DNA of 58,018 nt from Candidatus Eiseniibacteriota bacterium (GTDB taxonomy: Bacteria > Eisenbacteria > RBG-16-71-46 > DASYSL01), in NCBI GenBank assembly GCA_031431875.1, contig JANPEF010000055.1, positions 1 to 58,018 of the forward strand, written 5' to 3'. The notes under the pieces were generated by a model that had not been told where the DNA came from, ran no database searches, and saw nothing but the letters and a program-made list of their open reading frames with translations. Every line of letters starts with the position of its first letter. Within the stretch, counting starts at the first letter, position 1. The position numbers and the translations under genes were made by a program. Shown piece by piece: positions 18,047 through 27,812 of the stretch.

Positions 18047-19444
18047 ATGCATTTTCCCGCCGAACCGTTTCGCATCAAGGTGGTCGAGCCGCTCAAGTAC
18101 ACGACGCGCGAGGAGCGGGTGCGCCTGCTCGAGGAGGCGGGGAACAACCTGTTCAAGGTCCCGGCCGACTCGATCTACGTCGACCTGCTCACCGACAGCG
18201 GCACCTCGGCGATGAGCGACCGCCAGTGGGCGGCGATCATGATGGGCGACGAATCGTACGCGGGGAGCCGCAACTTCTACCACTTCGAGGCCGCCGTGCG
18301 CGACCTCACGGGCTATCGCCATGTGATCCCCACCCACCAGGGTCGCATGGCCGAGAACCTGCTGTTCCACACCGTGGTCAAGCCGGGCGACGCGATCCCG
18401 AACAACATTCACTTCGACACCACGCGCGCCAACGCCGAGCAGGCCGGTGCCGTGCCGCTCGACCTGGTCGTGCCCGAGGGTCTCGACCCGGCGCATCGTG
18501 GCCCGTTCAAGGGCAACATGGACACCGAGCGGCTCGATCGCGTGCTCACCGAGCGCAAGGGTCACGTGCCGCTGGTCATGCTCACGATCACCAACAATTC
18601 GGGTGGCGGCCAGCCCGTGTCGATGGCAAACGCGCGGGCGACCGCCGAGGTGTGCCGGCGCCACGGCGTGCCGCTGTTCTTCGACGCCTGCCGCTTCGCC
18701 GAGAACGCGTGGTTCATCCAGCAGCGCGAGGCGGAGTTCGCCAGCACGAGCGTGGGCGACATCGCGCGCGCGATGTTCGCGCTCGGCGACGGCTGCACCA
18801 TGTCGGCGAAGAAGGACGGTCTGGTCAACATCGGCGGCTTTCTCGCGCTCAACGACGAGGCGTGGTCCGACCAGGTGAAGCACCGGCTCATCCTGGTCGA
18901 GGGGTTTCCGACGTACGGCGGGCTCGCCGGGCGCGACCTCGAGGCGATGGCGCAGGGCCTGCGCGAGGTCCTCGACGAGAGCTACCTCGCCTTCCGCATC
19001 GGCCAGGTGCGCGAACTCGGCGAGGCGGTGAGCGACGCGGGGGTGCCGATCGTCCAGCCGCCGGGCGGCCACGCCGTGTACCTCGATGCGAAGGCGATCG
19101 CGCCGCAGATCCCGCCGCACGAGTTCCCGGGGCAGGCGATCGTCGTCGCGCTGTATCGCGACTACGGGATCCGCGGCGTCGAGATCGGCAGCTTCATGTT
19201 CGGCACCGAGGACCCGGCGACCGGCCAGCCCGTCGCGCCGCCGCTCGAGCTCGTTCGCCTGGCGATCCCGCGGCGTGTTTACACCAAGGCTCAACTCGCC
19301 TACGTGGCCCAGAGCGTGATCGAGGTGTACCGCCGTCGCGACTCGCTGCGCGGCTACCGGATCACGCAGGGCGCGCCGTTCCTGCGCCACTTCACGGCCC
19401 GGCTCGAGGAAGTGCCGGCCGCCGTGCCCGCCGGGCGGGGGTAG
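18047..19444 (+). CDS. tnaA: Tryptophanase
   Basis: DLLTDSGT, PLP lysine in MSAKKD. HFDTT and LRHFTARL favour tryptophanase over tyrosine phenol-lyase. Confidence 0.88.
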   Translation: MHFPAEPFRIKVVEPLKYTTREERVRLLEEAGNNLFKVPADSIYVDLLTDSGTSAMSDRQWAAIMMGDESYAGSRNFYHFEAAVRDLTGYRHVIPTHQGRMAENLLFHTVVKPGDAIPNNIHFDTTRANAEQAGAVPLDLVVPEGLDPAHRGPFKGNMDTERLDRVLTERKGHVPLVMLTITNNSGGGQPVSMANARATAEVCRRHGVPLFFDACRFAENAWFIQQREAEFASTSVGDIARAMFALGDGCTMSAKKDGLVNIGGFLALNDEAWSDQVKHRLILVEGFPTYGGLAGRDLEAMAQGLREVLDESYLAFRIGQVRELGEAVSDAGVPIVQPPGGHAVYLDAKAIAPQIPPHEFPGQAIVVALYRDYGIRGVEIGSFMFGTEDPATGQPVAPPLELVRLAIPRRVYTKAQLAYVAQSVIEVYRRRDSLRGYRITQGAPFLRHFTARLEEVPAAVPAGRG

Positions 19445-19579
19445 CCTCCGTCCGTCCGCAGGCTCCGTCCGGCTCCGTCCGGCTGGCGGGGGGCGCAGGG
19501 CTCCTGTACGCTTGTGGGGTCCTGCGCGTCCGCGGCGATCGGCCCGGCGCTGGGAAGCGCGCCCTTGATCGGAGACCCC

Positions 19580-20554
19580 ATGAACTCGCATCCGCGCCCC
19601 GTCTTGCAGCAATTCCGCGCCGCGTTCGTCTCCCTTGCGGCGGGCGCGCTTGCGCTGGCCGTGCTCCCCTCGTGCAGCCCCGACGTTTTTCGGATCGCGG
19701 TCGACAGCGGAGGCGTCGCCTTCGATGCGAAGTTCCAGGCGCGCCCCGGCGACCTCGATGCACCGGGCGCGGCGTCGCATGCGCGTGTCGGTCATCCCTG
19801 GTTTCCGCTGACGCCCGGCCGCTACACGGACTTCCGGATCTCGCGCTACCCGTCCCCTGAGCCGACGTACGTGCGCGCCACCATCGGCGAGCCCGAGGAG
19901 TTCTTCGGTCGCATGGCCACGCCGTGGGTCTACGGCCCGGTGCCCGGCCTCCCGGTCGACGAGTCGCTCGCGGGCCTGCGCCAGTACTACTCGGTCGACG
20001 CCGCGGGAGCACTGCGCATGCACGGCGCGCAGAACGACGGGATCATGTCGTACATGGAGCCGCCCATCCGCCACCTGCCGCCCGCGCCCACTCCGCAGGC
20101 GACGTGGATCGACACGACGTTCTTCCGCTCGTTCTTCCCGGGCATGGAGCCGATCTTCGCCGGGGCGCAGACCTACACCTCGACGTTGTCCGAACGCGCC
20201 TTCCTCGACCTGCCCGGCAAGCCCGCGCACGCGCTACGGCGCTCGCAGGTGATCGACGAATTCGACGGGCCGGTTCCCGGCGCCGGGTTCGCGCTCGCCG
20301 GGCTCGATGGCACATCGCTCGCCGCCGCCCTGCTCGACGGAGAGTCGCCGGAGCTGGCACTCGCCGCGGCCCGCGGCGACCCGCGCGATCGCCCGACGCT
20401 CGACCCCGAGAAGGGGATCTGGTTCGCGCGCGGGCAGGGCTTCGTCGCCCGCGACTACCCGCACGGCCCCGGTTCGAGCATCATCAACATCACGACGTAT
20501 GAACGGATCGGCAACGGCTTCGGCCCGGTGCCGCCCCCGCAGCCGGCGCCATGA
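19580..20554 (+). CDS. Hypothetical lipoprotein
   Basis: RBS GGAG. Signal peptide with lipobox-like LAVLPSC. Confidence 0.7.
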   Translation: MNSHPRPVLQQFRAAFVSLAAGALALAVLPSCSPDVFRIAVDSGGVAFDAKFQARPGDLDAPGAASHARVGHPWFPLTPGRYTDFRISRYPSPEPTYVRATIGEPEEFFGRMATPWVYGPVPGLPVDESLAGLRQYYSVDAAGALRMHGAQNDGIMSYMEPPIRHLPPAPTPQATWIDTTFFRSFFPGMEPIFAGAQTYTSTLSERAFLDLPGKPAHALRRSQVIDEFDGPVPGAGFALAGLDGTSLAAALLDGESPELALAAARGDPRDRPTLDPEKGIWFARGQGFVARDYPHGPGSSIINITTYERIGNGFGPVPPPQPAP

Positions 20555-21411
20555 TCAGGCGAGTCGCCCGACTCGCGGTCACCCTCGCCCTCCTGCCCCT
20601 TCTCCCGTGCCCCTCCCTGGCGGGCGGCGGCTGGATCCCCGAGCGGGGACACTCCTACCTCGAAGCGTCGCTCCTGCACGCCGCCACCGAAGAGACCTAC
20701 GACGCCGACGGCACTCTGGTGCCCTATCGTCGGCTGGCCGGGGTCGACCGCGCGACCACGTACGGGGATGACGCGCTGGCGCTCTTCGCGGAGTTCGGAC
20801 TCGGCAGCGGGTTGGTCGGGGAAGGGGATGTGCTCCTTCGTCGCGCGCGCGTCGTGGAGCCCGCCACCCGCTTCACGACCTGGGGTCCGGCCGACGTGCG
20901 CCTGCTGCTCAAACGCGGGTTTCGCGCCGGTGCGCTGGCGTGGGCCCTCTCGCTCGAGACGCGCCTTCCCCTGTTCTATGACGAGACGGACAACCCGGCC
21001 CTCGGGTCCGGTTTCGTCGACGGCGCACTCCAGTTCCACGCCGGGGTCGGCTCGGCCCGTGGCTGGGCCCAGGCCGAGATGGGTCTGCGCGCGCGCGGCG
21101 GTCCCGCGGTGACCGAATGGCCGTATGCCTTGCAGTGCGGGGCGAACCTCGGCCGGCGCTGGTCGCTGATCGCCGATCTTCGGGGCAATGGGCTGCTGCG
21201 GCGGGGAGGGGATGTGGACGTCGGTGCGGTGGGGGGCGAGGGAAGCTTCGATCCCGCGCGGGCCAGTTCGAGCATCCTGCAGGTTGGCCCGGGGGTCGCC
21301 TACTTCCCCCGATCCGACCTGCGTCTCGCGATCCAGGGCTGGCGTTCGCTCGAGGGGCGCAACATGCCCGCGGGCTGGAAGTGGAAACTCGGCGTGGCGA
21401 GGTTGCGATGA
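20551..21411 (+). CDS. Putative outer-membrane beta-barrel protein
   Basis: Signal peptide, alternating amphipathic beta strands, ATGA coupling at both ends. Confidence 0.7.
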   Translation: MIRRVARLAVTLALLPLLPCPSLAGGGWIPERGHSYLEASLLHAATEETYDADGTLVPYRRLAGVDRATTYGDDALALFAEFGLGSGLVGEGDVLLRRARVVEPATRFTTWGPADVRLLLKRGFRAGALAWALSLETRLPLFYDETDNPALGSGFVDGALQFHAGVGSARGWAQAEMGLRARGGPAVTEWPYALQCGANLGRRWSLIADLRGNGLLRRGGDVDVGAVGGEGSFDPARASSSILQVGPGVAYFPRSDLRLAIQGWRSLEGRNMPAGWKWKLGVARLR

Positions 21412-22085
21412 TCCGGCTGCGGCGCGGCCTCCCGATCGGGCTCCTCGGCCTCGCATGCTTCGGTTGCGGCCACTCGGCGTCGCCCGTCGCGCCGTTCGAT
21501 TCCACGGCCGCGGTGCCCACCCCGCGCAATCTGCAGGTGCACAGTGACCCGATCGGGCGCCTGGTCCTTCGCTGGAGCGCCACGCCGCAGGATCGCGCCG
21601 TGGTGGATGGCTGGTTCGTCGAGCGCCGGGTCACCACGTCGAGCGCATTCACGCGGCTCGAGGTCGAGGCCCGCATGGACACGACCTACTTCGACGACGA
21701 CATCGCCGAGGGTGTGCGCTACGTCTACCGTGTGCTTGCCGTCACCGGGGCGGGCGTCACCAGCCTGCCGATCGAGGCGGGGCCCGTGCGCGGAGATCGC
21801 ACCGCCCCGGCGACCCCGGGCGCGGTCGTGGCCGTCACTGCGAGCGGGGGCATCCAGCTCAGCTTCGTCGATGCCGGCGAGCCGGATCTCGCGTTCTTCG
21901 AGGTGCGCCTGACCCAGCCGCAATCCAGCGATCCACCGGAGTTCCGCCAGGTGTCGGGCAGCCCGGCGCTGATCGGCGGACTGGCGGTGGGAAGCCCGTA
22001 TGCTTTCGAAATCGCGGCGGTCGACAGCGCCGGTCGCATTTCGGCATTCAGCGAGCCGCCGGTGGGCGCCATTGCGGGGCCGTAG
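21408..22085 (+). CDS. Fibronectin type III repeat lipoprotein
   Basis: Lipobox CFGC. Two FN3 repeats (PRNL..LRW..Y.YRVLAV; PATP..YAFEIAAVD.AG). Confidence 0.8.
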   Translation: MIRLRRGLPIGLLGLACFGCGHSASPVAPFDSTAAVPTPRNLQVHSDPIGRLVLRWSATPQDRAVVDGWFVERRVTTSSAFTRLEVEARMDTTYFDDDIAEGVRYVYRVLAVTGAGVTSLPIEAGPVRGDRTAPATPGAVVAVTASGGIQLSFVDAGEPDLAFFEVRLTQPQSSDPPEFRQVSGSPALIGGLAVGSPYAFEIAAVDSAGRISAFSEPPVGAIAGP

Positions 22086-22112
22086 CCCCGGTGTCGTGCT
22101 AGGTTGAGCGAC

Positions 22113-23702
22113 GTGATGCCGGCCCCGGGAAGCGCCGCCCACCTCGACTGGCCGTGGACGCTCGCGATCGCCTCGTTCATCCTCGCCCAGGTCCTGCTCT
22201 CCGTCTTTTCCCTGCATCGCCTGGTCACGCTCCTGCGTTGCCGCCGCGCACGCGGCATCGCACCCACGAACGATTGCGCCTCCATCGATTGGCCGCGTGT
22301 CACGGTGCAGCTCCCGTTCTACAACGAGCGCGCAGTTGCAGTGCGGGCGATCGACACCGCAGCCCGCCTCGAGTACCCCGGGGATCGGTTGCAGATCCAG
22401 GTGCTCGATGACTCGACCGACGACACCCGATCACGCGTCAGCGAACGGGTCCGCGCCTGGCAGGCGAGCGGCGTCGACATCACGCTGCTCGCCCGCTCCA
22501 CCCGCGACGGCTACAAGGCCGGCGCGCTGGCCGCCGGGCTGGCGCGGGCGACGGGCGACCTGATCGCCGTCTTCGATGCCGACTTCGTGCCCGCGCCGGA
22601 CTTCCTGTCGCGTATCGTGCCGCACTTCACAGCGCCGCGCATCGGCATGGTCCAGGCGCGCTGGAGCCACCTCAATCGGGATCGCTCGCCGCTGACGGCC
22701 GGGCAGGCGGTCATGCTCGACGCCCACTTCGGGCTCGAGCACGAGGCGCGCATGGCCGCCGGGTTGTTCTTCAACTTCAATGGAACCGCCGGCGTGTGGC
22801 GGCGCGAGTGCATCGTCGATGCCGGTGGCTGGATGCACGACACGCTGACCGAGGATCTCGACCTGAGTTACCGGGCGCAGCTGCGTGGCTGGAGGTTCCG
22901 CTGCGTGTCGGCGCTCGATGTCCCGGCGGAACTGCCCGCCGACGTGCTCGCCTTCAAGGCGCAGCAGCGACGATGGGCACAGGGTTCCATCCAGACGGCG
23001 CGCAAGATCCTGCCGCGACTGCTGCGGGCGCGACTGTCGCCACAGGTCAAGCTCGAGGCAGTCCTGCACCTGACGGCCAACTGCGCCTATCCGCTGCTCC
23101 TGCTCTCGGGCTTGCTGCTGGCAGCCGTCATCGCCGCGCCGCCTGTGCTGTCGCCAGGGCTCGCGCTGGCGCTCGATCTCGTGGCAATCGCCGTCGGCGT
23201 GCTGCCTATCCTGCTCTTCCTCTCCGTCGGGCAACTCGTGCGCGGCTCCCGCGGCGTGCGGACGATTGGCGATGTGTGCGCCGCGCTGTGGGTCGGTGCG
23301 GGGCTGGTGGTGAACAACACGGGCGCGGTGATCGCCGGACTCTGCGGCGACGCAGGAACATGGGAGCGGACGGCGAAGACCGGCGAGCGCGAGGGCGGGG
23401 CGGATCGTCGCAGCTACGACTCGCCGTTCGATCGCGGGGTGGGGTTCGAGATCGCGTTCGCCGTGGGATTCGCCCTGCTCGCCGGGCTGGCGTGGAGCAA
23501 GGGTCACGTCCGGCCGGTGCCGTTTCTGCTTCTACTGTCGACGGGACAGGGTTTCGTCGCGGCACTCTCGCTACTCGAGCATCGGCGCGCCCGCAGACCT
23601 GACTCCGGGCGGGACCCGGCGGGCTATGCCGCCGCGTCGAGCGGGCCGGCGTCGCAGATCGCCGAGGGGTCTTCCGGCAGGGCGAGGATGCGTTCGGGGT
23701 GA
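22113..23702 (+). CDS. Processive GT2 glycosyltransferase (cellulose synthase-like/CslA type)
   Basis: QLPFYNE, LDDSTD, KAGAL, FDADF, TEDLD, QQRRW and TM helices. Start is GTG 22113 or TTG 22104. The 3' end overlaps the convergent gene. Confidence 0.92.
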   Translation: MMPAPGSAAHLDWPWTLAIASFILAQVLLSVFSLHRLVTLLRCRRARGIAPTNDCASIDWPRVTVQLPFYNERAVAVRAIDTAARLEYPGDRLQIQVLDDSTDDTRSRVSERVRAWQASGVDITLLARSTRDGYKAGALAAGLARATGDLIAVFDADFVPAPDFLSRIVPHFTAPRIGMVQARWSHLNRDRSPLTAGQAVMLDAHFGLEHEARMAAGLFFNFNGTAGVWRRECIVDAGGWMHDTLTEDLDLSYRAQLRGWRFRCVSALDVPAELPADVLAFKAQQRRWAQGSIQTARKILPRLLRARLSPQVKLEAVLHLTANCAYPLLLLSGLLLAAVIAAPPVLSPGLALALDLVAIAVGVLPILLFLSVGQLVRGSRGVRTIGDVCAALWVGAGLVVNNTGAVIAGLCGDAGTWERTAKTGEREGGADRRSYDSPFDRGVGFEIAFAVGFALLAGLAWSKGHVRPVPFLLLLSTGQGFVAALSLLEHRRARRPDSGRDPAGYAAASSGPASQIAEGSSGRARMRSG

Positions 23703-25039
23703 CGTGCGAAGTCCTGGCCGAGGCGCGCCTCGTCGGGCAGCCACAGCGATTCGTAGTGGCCGCGCTCGCCGACCAGCGTGACGAACAGTGCGCCGAGCAG
23801 GAGCGCGCGGGCGCGACCGTTCTGTGCGGCACGGGCGAGGAGCGCGCGCAGGTCGGCGGTCGGCTCGCACGCCACGACGAGGCTGCGCGCTGCCGCGTGC
23901 GCCACGGCCGCCGGCGAGACGCCCCGCACCAGGTCGATCACGACCACCGAGGCGCCCTCGTGAAGCGCGCGGCGCAGGTCGGTCTCGAGCGTCGCGGGGC
24001 TCGTGCCCCGCACGCTGAGCGCGCCGCCGCCGGCGCCGCGCACCCCCTCACCCAGCAGCACGGTGTAGCGACCGCGCGCCGCCACTTCCTCGGCCAGCGC
24101 GCGGGCCGTGCGCGAGCGCCCCGCTGCCGGCGGTGCGCCCAGCCAGACAAGTCCGCGGTTCACGCCGGCGATCTCGTCGAGCCAGTCGGTGGGCAGCCCG
24201 GCGCCGCTCCAGTCGAGCACGTCGCTCTGCCCCTGCAGGAACAGCGCATCGCCCTCGACCTCGCGCAACAGGGAAACGACGAAGCCGCCGTCGCCGACAG
24301 TGCGCCGCTCGCCGCCCTCGCTCGCGCCGAGTGCGGCGATCGCCATGGTGACGGTGTCGTCCGGAACGAGATCGGGCAATGGATGGGTCTGCCCACCCGA
24401 GAGTCCGAGCGCCGGCTCGCCGGGGCGCAGCAGAACCGCGTCGTAGCCGTTGCGCCGCGCGTGCTCCCAGGCCCGGGCGAGGGGATCGTCGCCGCCGGCG
24501 GCACCGCCGCCCTCGACGCGCAGCGTCTCGAAGAGCTGGCGCAGTTCGTCGCCGGCCTCGGACCGCTTGCGCACACCCTCCTCATGGGACCACTGCTCGG
24601 GACGCTCGTCGTCGAGCGCCTCGCCGCGCTGCGCCCGCTCCTCGCGCCGCTCGTCCATGAAGCGCGCAATGTCGAGGATCAGCGACTCGGTGCCCTCGTG
24701 GATGGTGCGCAGCGGCGGGGGAGGCTGCAAGTGGAACGTGAACGTGCCGTGCATCCACGAGAACACGCGGTAGGCGGCGGCCTGGCCGTCGGCCAGCGCA
24801 TCGTCGAGCGCGTTGACGATCTGGCCGTGGTCGAAGTAGAGCGCGCCGCGCTTGCCGTCGCAGTCGACTTCGAGAACGCCCGTCTTCGTCCCCATGAGCA
24901 GGAACTGGCAGATCTCGAACAGGTCGGTCTGGTCGAGGCGGCCCTGGAGCAGGACTCCGGCGGCCGGACGCCCCACCGTCGGGCCCGCGGTGTCGTCGAG
25001 CAAGCCCGCGCGCCCGCGCCCGCCATCATTGCGGCTCAC
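23624..25039 (-). CDS. DUF4388 (PatA-N-like) domain fused to a degenerate PilT-like ATPase fold
   Basis: GTG overlaps the pilT stop. DUF4388-like LQGRLDQTDLFEICQFL..KTGVL..GALYFDHGQIVNA..W..GTF. The C-terminal part is collinear with PilT (NRGLVWLGAPPAAGRS, LRRALHEGASVVVID). Confidence 0.78.
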   Translation of the reverse strand: MSRNDGGRGRAGLLDDTAGPTVGRPAAGVLLQGRLDQTDLFEICQFLLMGTKTGVLEVDCDGKRGALYFDHGQIVNALDDALADGQAAAYRVFSWMHGTFTFHLQPPPPLRTIHEGTESLILDIARFMDERREERAQRGEALDDERPEQWSHEEGVRKRSEAGDELRQLFETLRVEGGGAAGGDDPLARAWEHARRNGYDAVLLRPGEPALGLSGGQTHPLPDLVPDDTVTMAIAALGASEGGERRTVGDGGFVVSLLREVEGDALFLQGQSDVLDWSGAGLPTDWLDEIAGVNRGLVWLGAPPAAGRSRTARALAEEVAARGRYTVLLGEGVRGAGGGALSVRGTSPATLETDLRRALHEGASVVVIDLVRGVSPAAVAHAAARSLVVACEPTADLRALLARAAQNGRARALLLGALFVTLVGERGHYESLWLPDEARLGQDFARHPERILALPEDPSAICDAGPLDAAA

Positions 25040-26286
25040 TGGGGGCCGACCCGTGCAGCCAGCGAGCCTGGTCGCGGTTCGTCCCCCACACCGAGGAGGG
25101 TGTGCAGGCCGCCGAGCAGCCCGGGGCTGCCGCCGGTTTCGCCATCGGCACCGTTCGAACCGTCGGGGCTGTTCGCACCCTTCGGGCTTGCCGCAGCGCC
25201 GGAGCCCGTCGCCGGGGCGACACCGCGCGCGTCGCGCATCGCCCGCTCGATTGCGTCGGTGTCGAGGCCGTAGCCCGCAGCCTCCTCGGCCAGCACGGTG
25301 CCGGCCCGAACCAGCCCGAGGAGCGAGTCCTCGAAGGTCTGCATCCCGTCGCGCTTGCCGGTCTGCATGACGCTCGAGAGCTGAAACGTCTTCTTCTCGC
25401 GAATCAGGTTCGATACGGCATGCGTGGCGAAGAGAAGCTCGACCGCCGCAGAACGCCCGCGGCCGTCGGCGCGCTTGACCAGCTTCTGCGCCACGATGCC
25501 CTTGAGCGATTCGGAGAGCTGGGCGCGCACCTGGTTCTGCTGATCCGCGGGGAACGCATCGAGGATGCGGTCGACCGTGGCGGTGGCGCTCTGAGTGTGC
25601 AAGGAGCCAAGCACGAGCTGGCCCGTTTCGGCCGCCGAAATGGCGAGAGCAAGCGATTCGCGGTCGCGCATCTCGCCGATGAGGATGACGTCCGGGTCCT
25701 CCCGCAGGGCCGCCCGCAGGGCGTCGGTGAACGAACGCGTATTGCGCCCGATCTCGCGCTGGTTCATCAGGCAGCTCTGGTTCTGGTGCACGTACTCGAT
25801 CGGGTCCTCGAGCGTGATCACGTGCTTGCGCCGCGTCCGGTTGATGTGATCGACGATTGCCGCCAACGTCGTCGACTTGCCGCTGCCCGGGGGGCCGGTG
25901 ACCACGACGAGGCCGCGGTTGAGCTCGGCGAAACGCAGGACTGACGGCGGCAAGCCGAGTTGCTCGACGGTGAGGATGCGCGTGGGCAGGAGGCGAAACG
26001 CTGCCGCCATGCCGTGGGTCTGCTGGTACACGTTGCAGCGCAGCCGGACGACCCCGGGCACTTCGAAGGCGAAGTCGACCTCCTCGAGCGCCTGATATCG
26101 GGTCATCTGGTCCTCGGTCATGATCTCGGCCAGCAGGCCGACGATGACGTCCGAGGTCAGGGGGGCGTACTCGATGGGATGGAGGTCCCCGTGCAACCTC
26201 AGCATCGGCGGGGAGCCCGACACGAGATGAAGGTCCGAGGCCCCCTGGGCCTGGACCAGTTGCAGGATCGAATCGATGCGTGGCAA
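25036..26286 (-). CDS. pilT: Type IV pilus retraction ATPase PilT
   Basis: TTG start with RBS GAGGTG. ASDLHL, GPPGSGKST, EDPIE, REDPDVILIGEMRD, LHT, AVSNLIRE, GMQT. Confidence 0.95.
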   Translation of the reverse strand: MPRIDSILQLVQAQGASDLHLVSGSPPMLRLHGDLHPIEYAPLTSDVIVGLLAEIMTEDQMTRYQALEEVDFAFEVPGVVRLRCNVYQQTHGMAAAFRLLPTRILTVEQLGLPPSVLRFAELNRGLVVVTGPPGSGKSTTLAAIVDHINRTRRKHVITLEDPIEYVHQNQSCLMNQREIGRNTRSFTDALRAALREDPDVILIGEMRDRESLALAISAAETGQLVLGSLHTQSATATVDRILDAFPADQQNQVRAQLSESLKGIVAQKLVKRADGRGRSAAVELLFATHAVSNLIREKKTFQLSSVMQTGKRDGMQTFEDSLLGLVRAGTVLAEEAAGYGLDTDAIERAMRDARGVAPATGSGAAASPKGANSPDGSNGADGETGGSPGLLGGLHTLLGVGDEPRPGSLAARVGPQ

Positions 26287-26331
26287 GGGACACCTCGTGG
26301 TGGTCGGCGAGTCCAACCCGAAGTCATGGCT

Positions 26332-26347
26332 TGCAAGAGGGGTGCCA
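26332..26347 (-). promoter_or_regulatory. sigma54 promoter for pilT
   Basis: Minus strand TGGCACCCCTCTTGCA matches TGGCAC-N5-TTGCA, 45 nt upstream of the start. Confidence 0.75.
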
Positions 26348-26560
26348 CGGAACCGATGCGGACCGCCCGACGCAAGTGGCGTTCGGCACGGCGATTCCAC
26401 GCGGGATTCGGCCCCCGCGGGCCGCGCGAGGCGCGGCGGCGTGCGCGTTGCCGACCCTGCATTGCACGGCGCACGGAAACGAATCGTCCGCGCCCCGCGG
26501 CGCCGGCGAGAAACCGGCCGTTGGCGCGGCTTCGGTGCGACCGGTCGGCCGCCGGCCGGC

Positions 26561-26576
26561 TGGCACGCCGGGTGCA
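26561..26576 (+). promoter_or_regulatory. sigma54 promoter for the divergent gene
   Basis: TGGCACGCCGGGTGCA with GG-N10-GC spacing. Confidence 0.6.
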
Positions 26577-26640
26577 TCGTTCCGGAACGAACCGCCGGAC
26601 GGCGCACGACGCGTCGTCACGCAGCCAGGGAGAGTGCACC

Positions 26641-27222
26641 GTGTTCCGCGTACCGAAGCTCCAGATGCCGGTGAAGTTCTGTGGGCTCGACGGGTCGGTG
26701 ACCCGCGGCGCCCTGTTCGTCGATCCGGTCAGTCCCCGACACGGCGGTCCGCAGACGATCCTCGAGCGCCTCAACGGGCCCGAGGCGTTCGTCGTGCTCG
26801 AGGTCGGTGATGGCGGCCAGATCGAGATCTTCCAGAAACGGCACCTGCTGCGGGTCACGCCGCTCGCCGACGCGCCGATGGATCATGTCTTCGTGCCCGA
26901 CGGACTCGTCACCCGGCAGGAGGATCTGACCATCACGCTGATCAACGGCAGCACGATGCACGGACGCATCTGGATGGGGCTGCCCCACGATCGCTCGCGC
27001 CTGTCCGACTTCCTGAACGCGGGGGAGGAGTTCTTCGCGCTGCTGATCCCGGGCGGGATCCATCTCGTGCGCACCGACGCGGTGGTCAAGGCCGTGCCGC
27101 TGACTTCGGCGCCGACGGGCGAAGAGGTGACGAAGGAGGACTGGGTCGCGCTCCACGGCGCACTGCGCGAATCGTTCGAGCACGCCGGCGGCATCGTGCG
27201 CCCGGGGCTGCCCCGGAACTAG
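26641..27222 (+). CDS. Hypothetical protein with two tandem small beta domains (DUF6812-like)
   Basis: GTG after GGGGAG. Internal duplication: G....G.LF..TILERLN....F versus G....G.IW..RLSDFLN....F. Confidence 0.75.
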   Translation: MFRVPKLQMPVKFCGLDGSVTRGALFVDPVSPRHGGPQTILERLNGPEAFVVLEVGDGGQIEIFQKRHLLRVTPLADAPMDHVFVPDGLVTRQEDLTITLINGSTMHGRIWMGLPHDRSRLSDFLNAGEEFFALLIPGGIHLVRTDAVVKAVPLTSAPTGEEVTKEDWVALHGALRESFEHAGGIVRPGLPRN

Positions 27223-27226
27223 GGTT

Positions 27227-27808
27227 TCAGGCGCCGGGGATCGACGCCGCGATCGCCGCGCGGAGGCGCTCAACCGCCTCCGCCGGGGTGGCAACCACCT
27301 CGACGAATTGCAGCATCTCCGGTACGACCAGCCCCGGACGGGCGAGGTCGCGCACGAACTCGGCCCAGGGTGTGCCGAGGCACAGCAGCGGCGCGGCCGG
27401 GCGACCCTCCACCGCGAGCAGGTTCCACGTCAGGAACAGTTCGGCCAGCGTGCCGATCGAACCCTCGAGCACGATGAACCCCGATGCGACATGCACCAGG
27501 TAGTCGAGGCGCTCGAGCAGCGTTGCGGTGTCCTCGCGGTGCGTCAGGTGCGGATTCGCCGGGCGATGGTTGAACAGTGCGGTGGTCACCCCGATCACCT
27601 CGCCACCGGCGCGGCGGGCGCCCTCGCTCACCGCCTCCATCGATCCCTGGTAGCCGCCATTCATCACCGCGAAGCCCGCGCCGGCCAGGCGCGCGCCGAC
27701 CTCGTCGGCGATCGCCCACGCGGGTTCGTCGCGTCGCGTGATGCTCGAGCCGAAAACGGCCACGATCGGGTTCGTCGTGGGAACCGCGAAGCGCGGCGGG
27801 ACGATCAC
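27227..27808 (-). CDS. LOG family protein (Rossmann fold)
   Basis: VAVFGSS, NGGY.G.MEAVSEGA, GSIGTLAE. Confidence 0.88.
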   Translation of the reverse strand: MIVPPRFAVPTTNPIVAVFGSSITRRDEPAWAIADEVGARLAGAGFAVMNGGYQGSMEAVSEGARRAGGEVIGVTTALFNHRPANPHLTHREDTATLLERLDYLVHVASGFIVLEGSIGTLAELFLTWNLLAVEGRPAAPLLCLGTPWAEFVRDLARPGLVVPEMLQFVEVVATPAEAVERLRAAIAASIPGA

Positions 27809-27812
27809 GCGC

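Noticed and set aside
18047..19444. Tyrosine phenol-lyase assignment
   Set aside because: RHFTA, SAKKD and HFDTT match tryptophanase.
19446..19490. Short GGCTCCGTCC tandem repeats after tnaA
   Set aside because: Only two to three copies with no spacers, so not CRISPR.
15545..19583. Identical TCGGAGACCCCATGA at two gene starts
   Set aside because: Largely explained by SD plus start codon in GC-rich DNA.
25040..26293. N-terminal 418 aa of the 889-aa ORF
   Set aside because: It is an alternative frame of pilT with Arg/Pro-rich junk composition.
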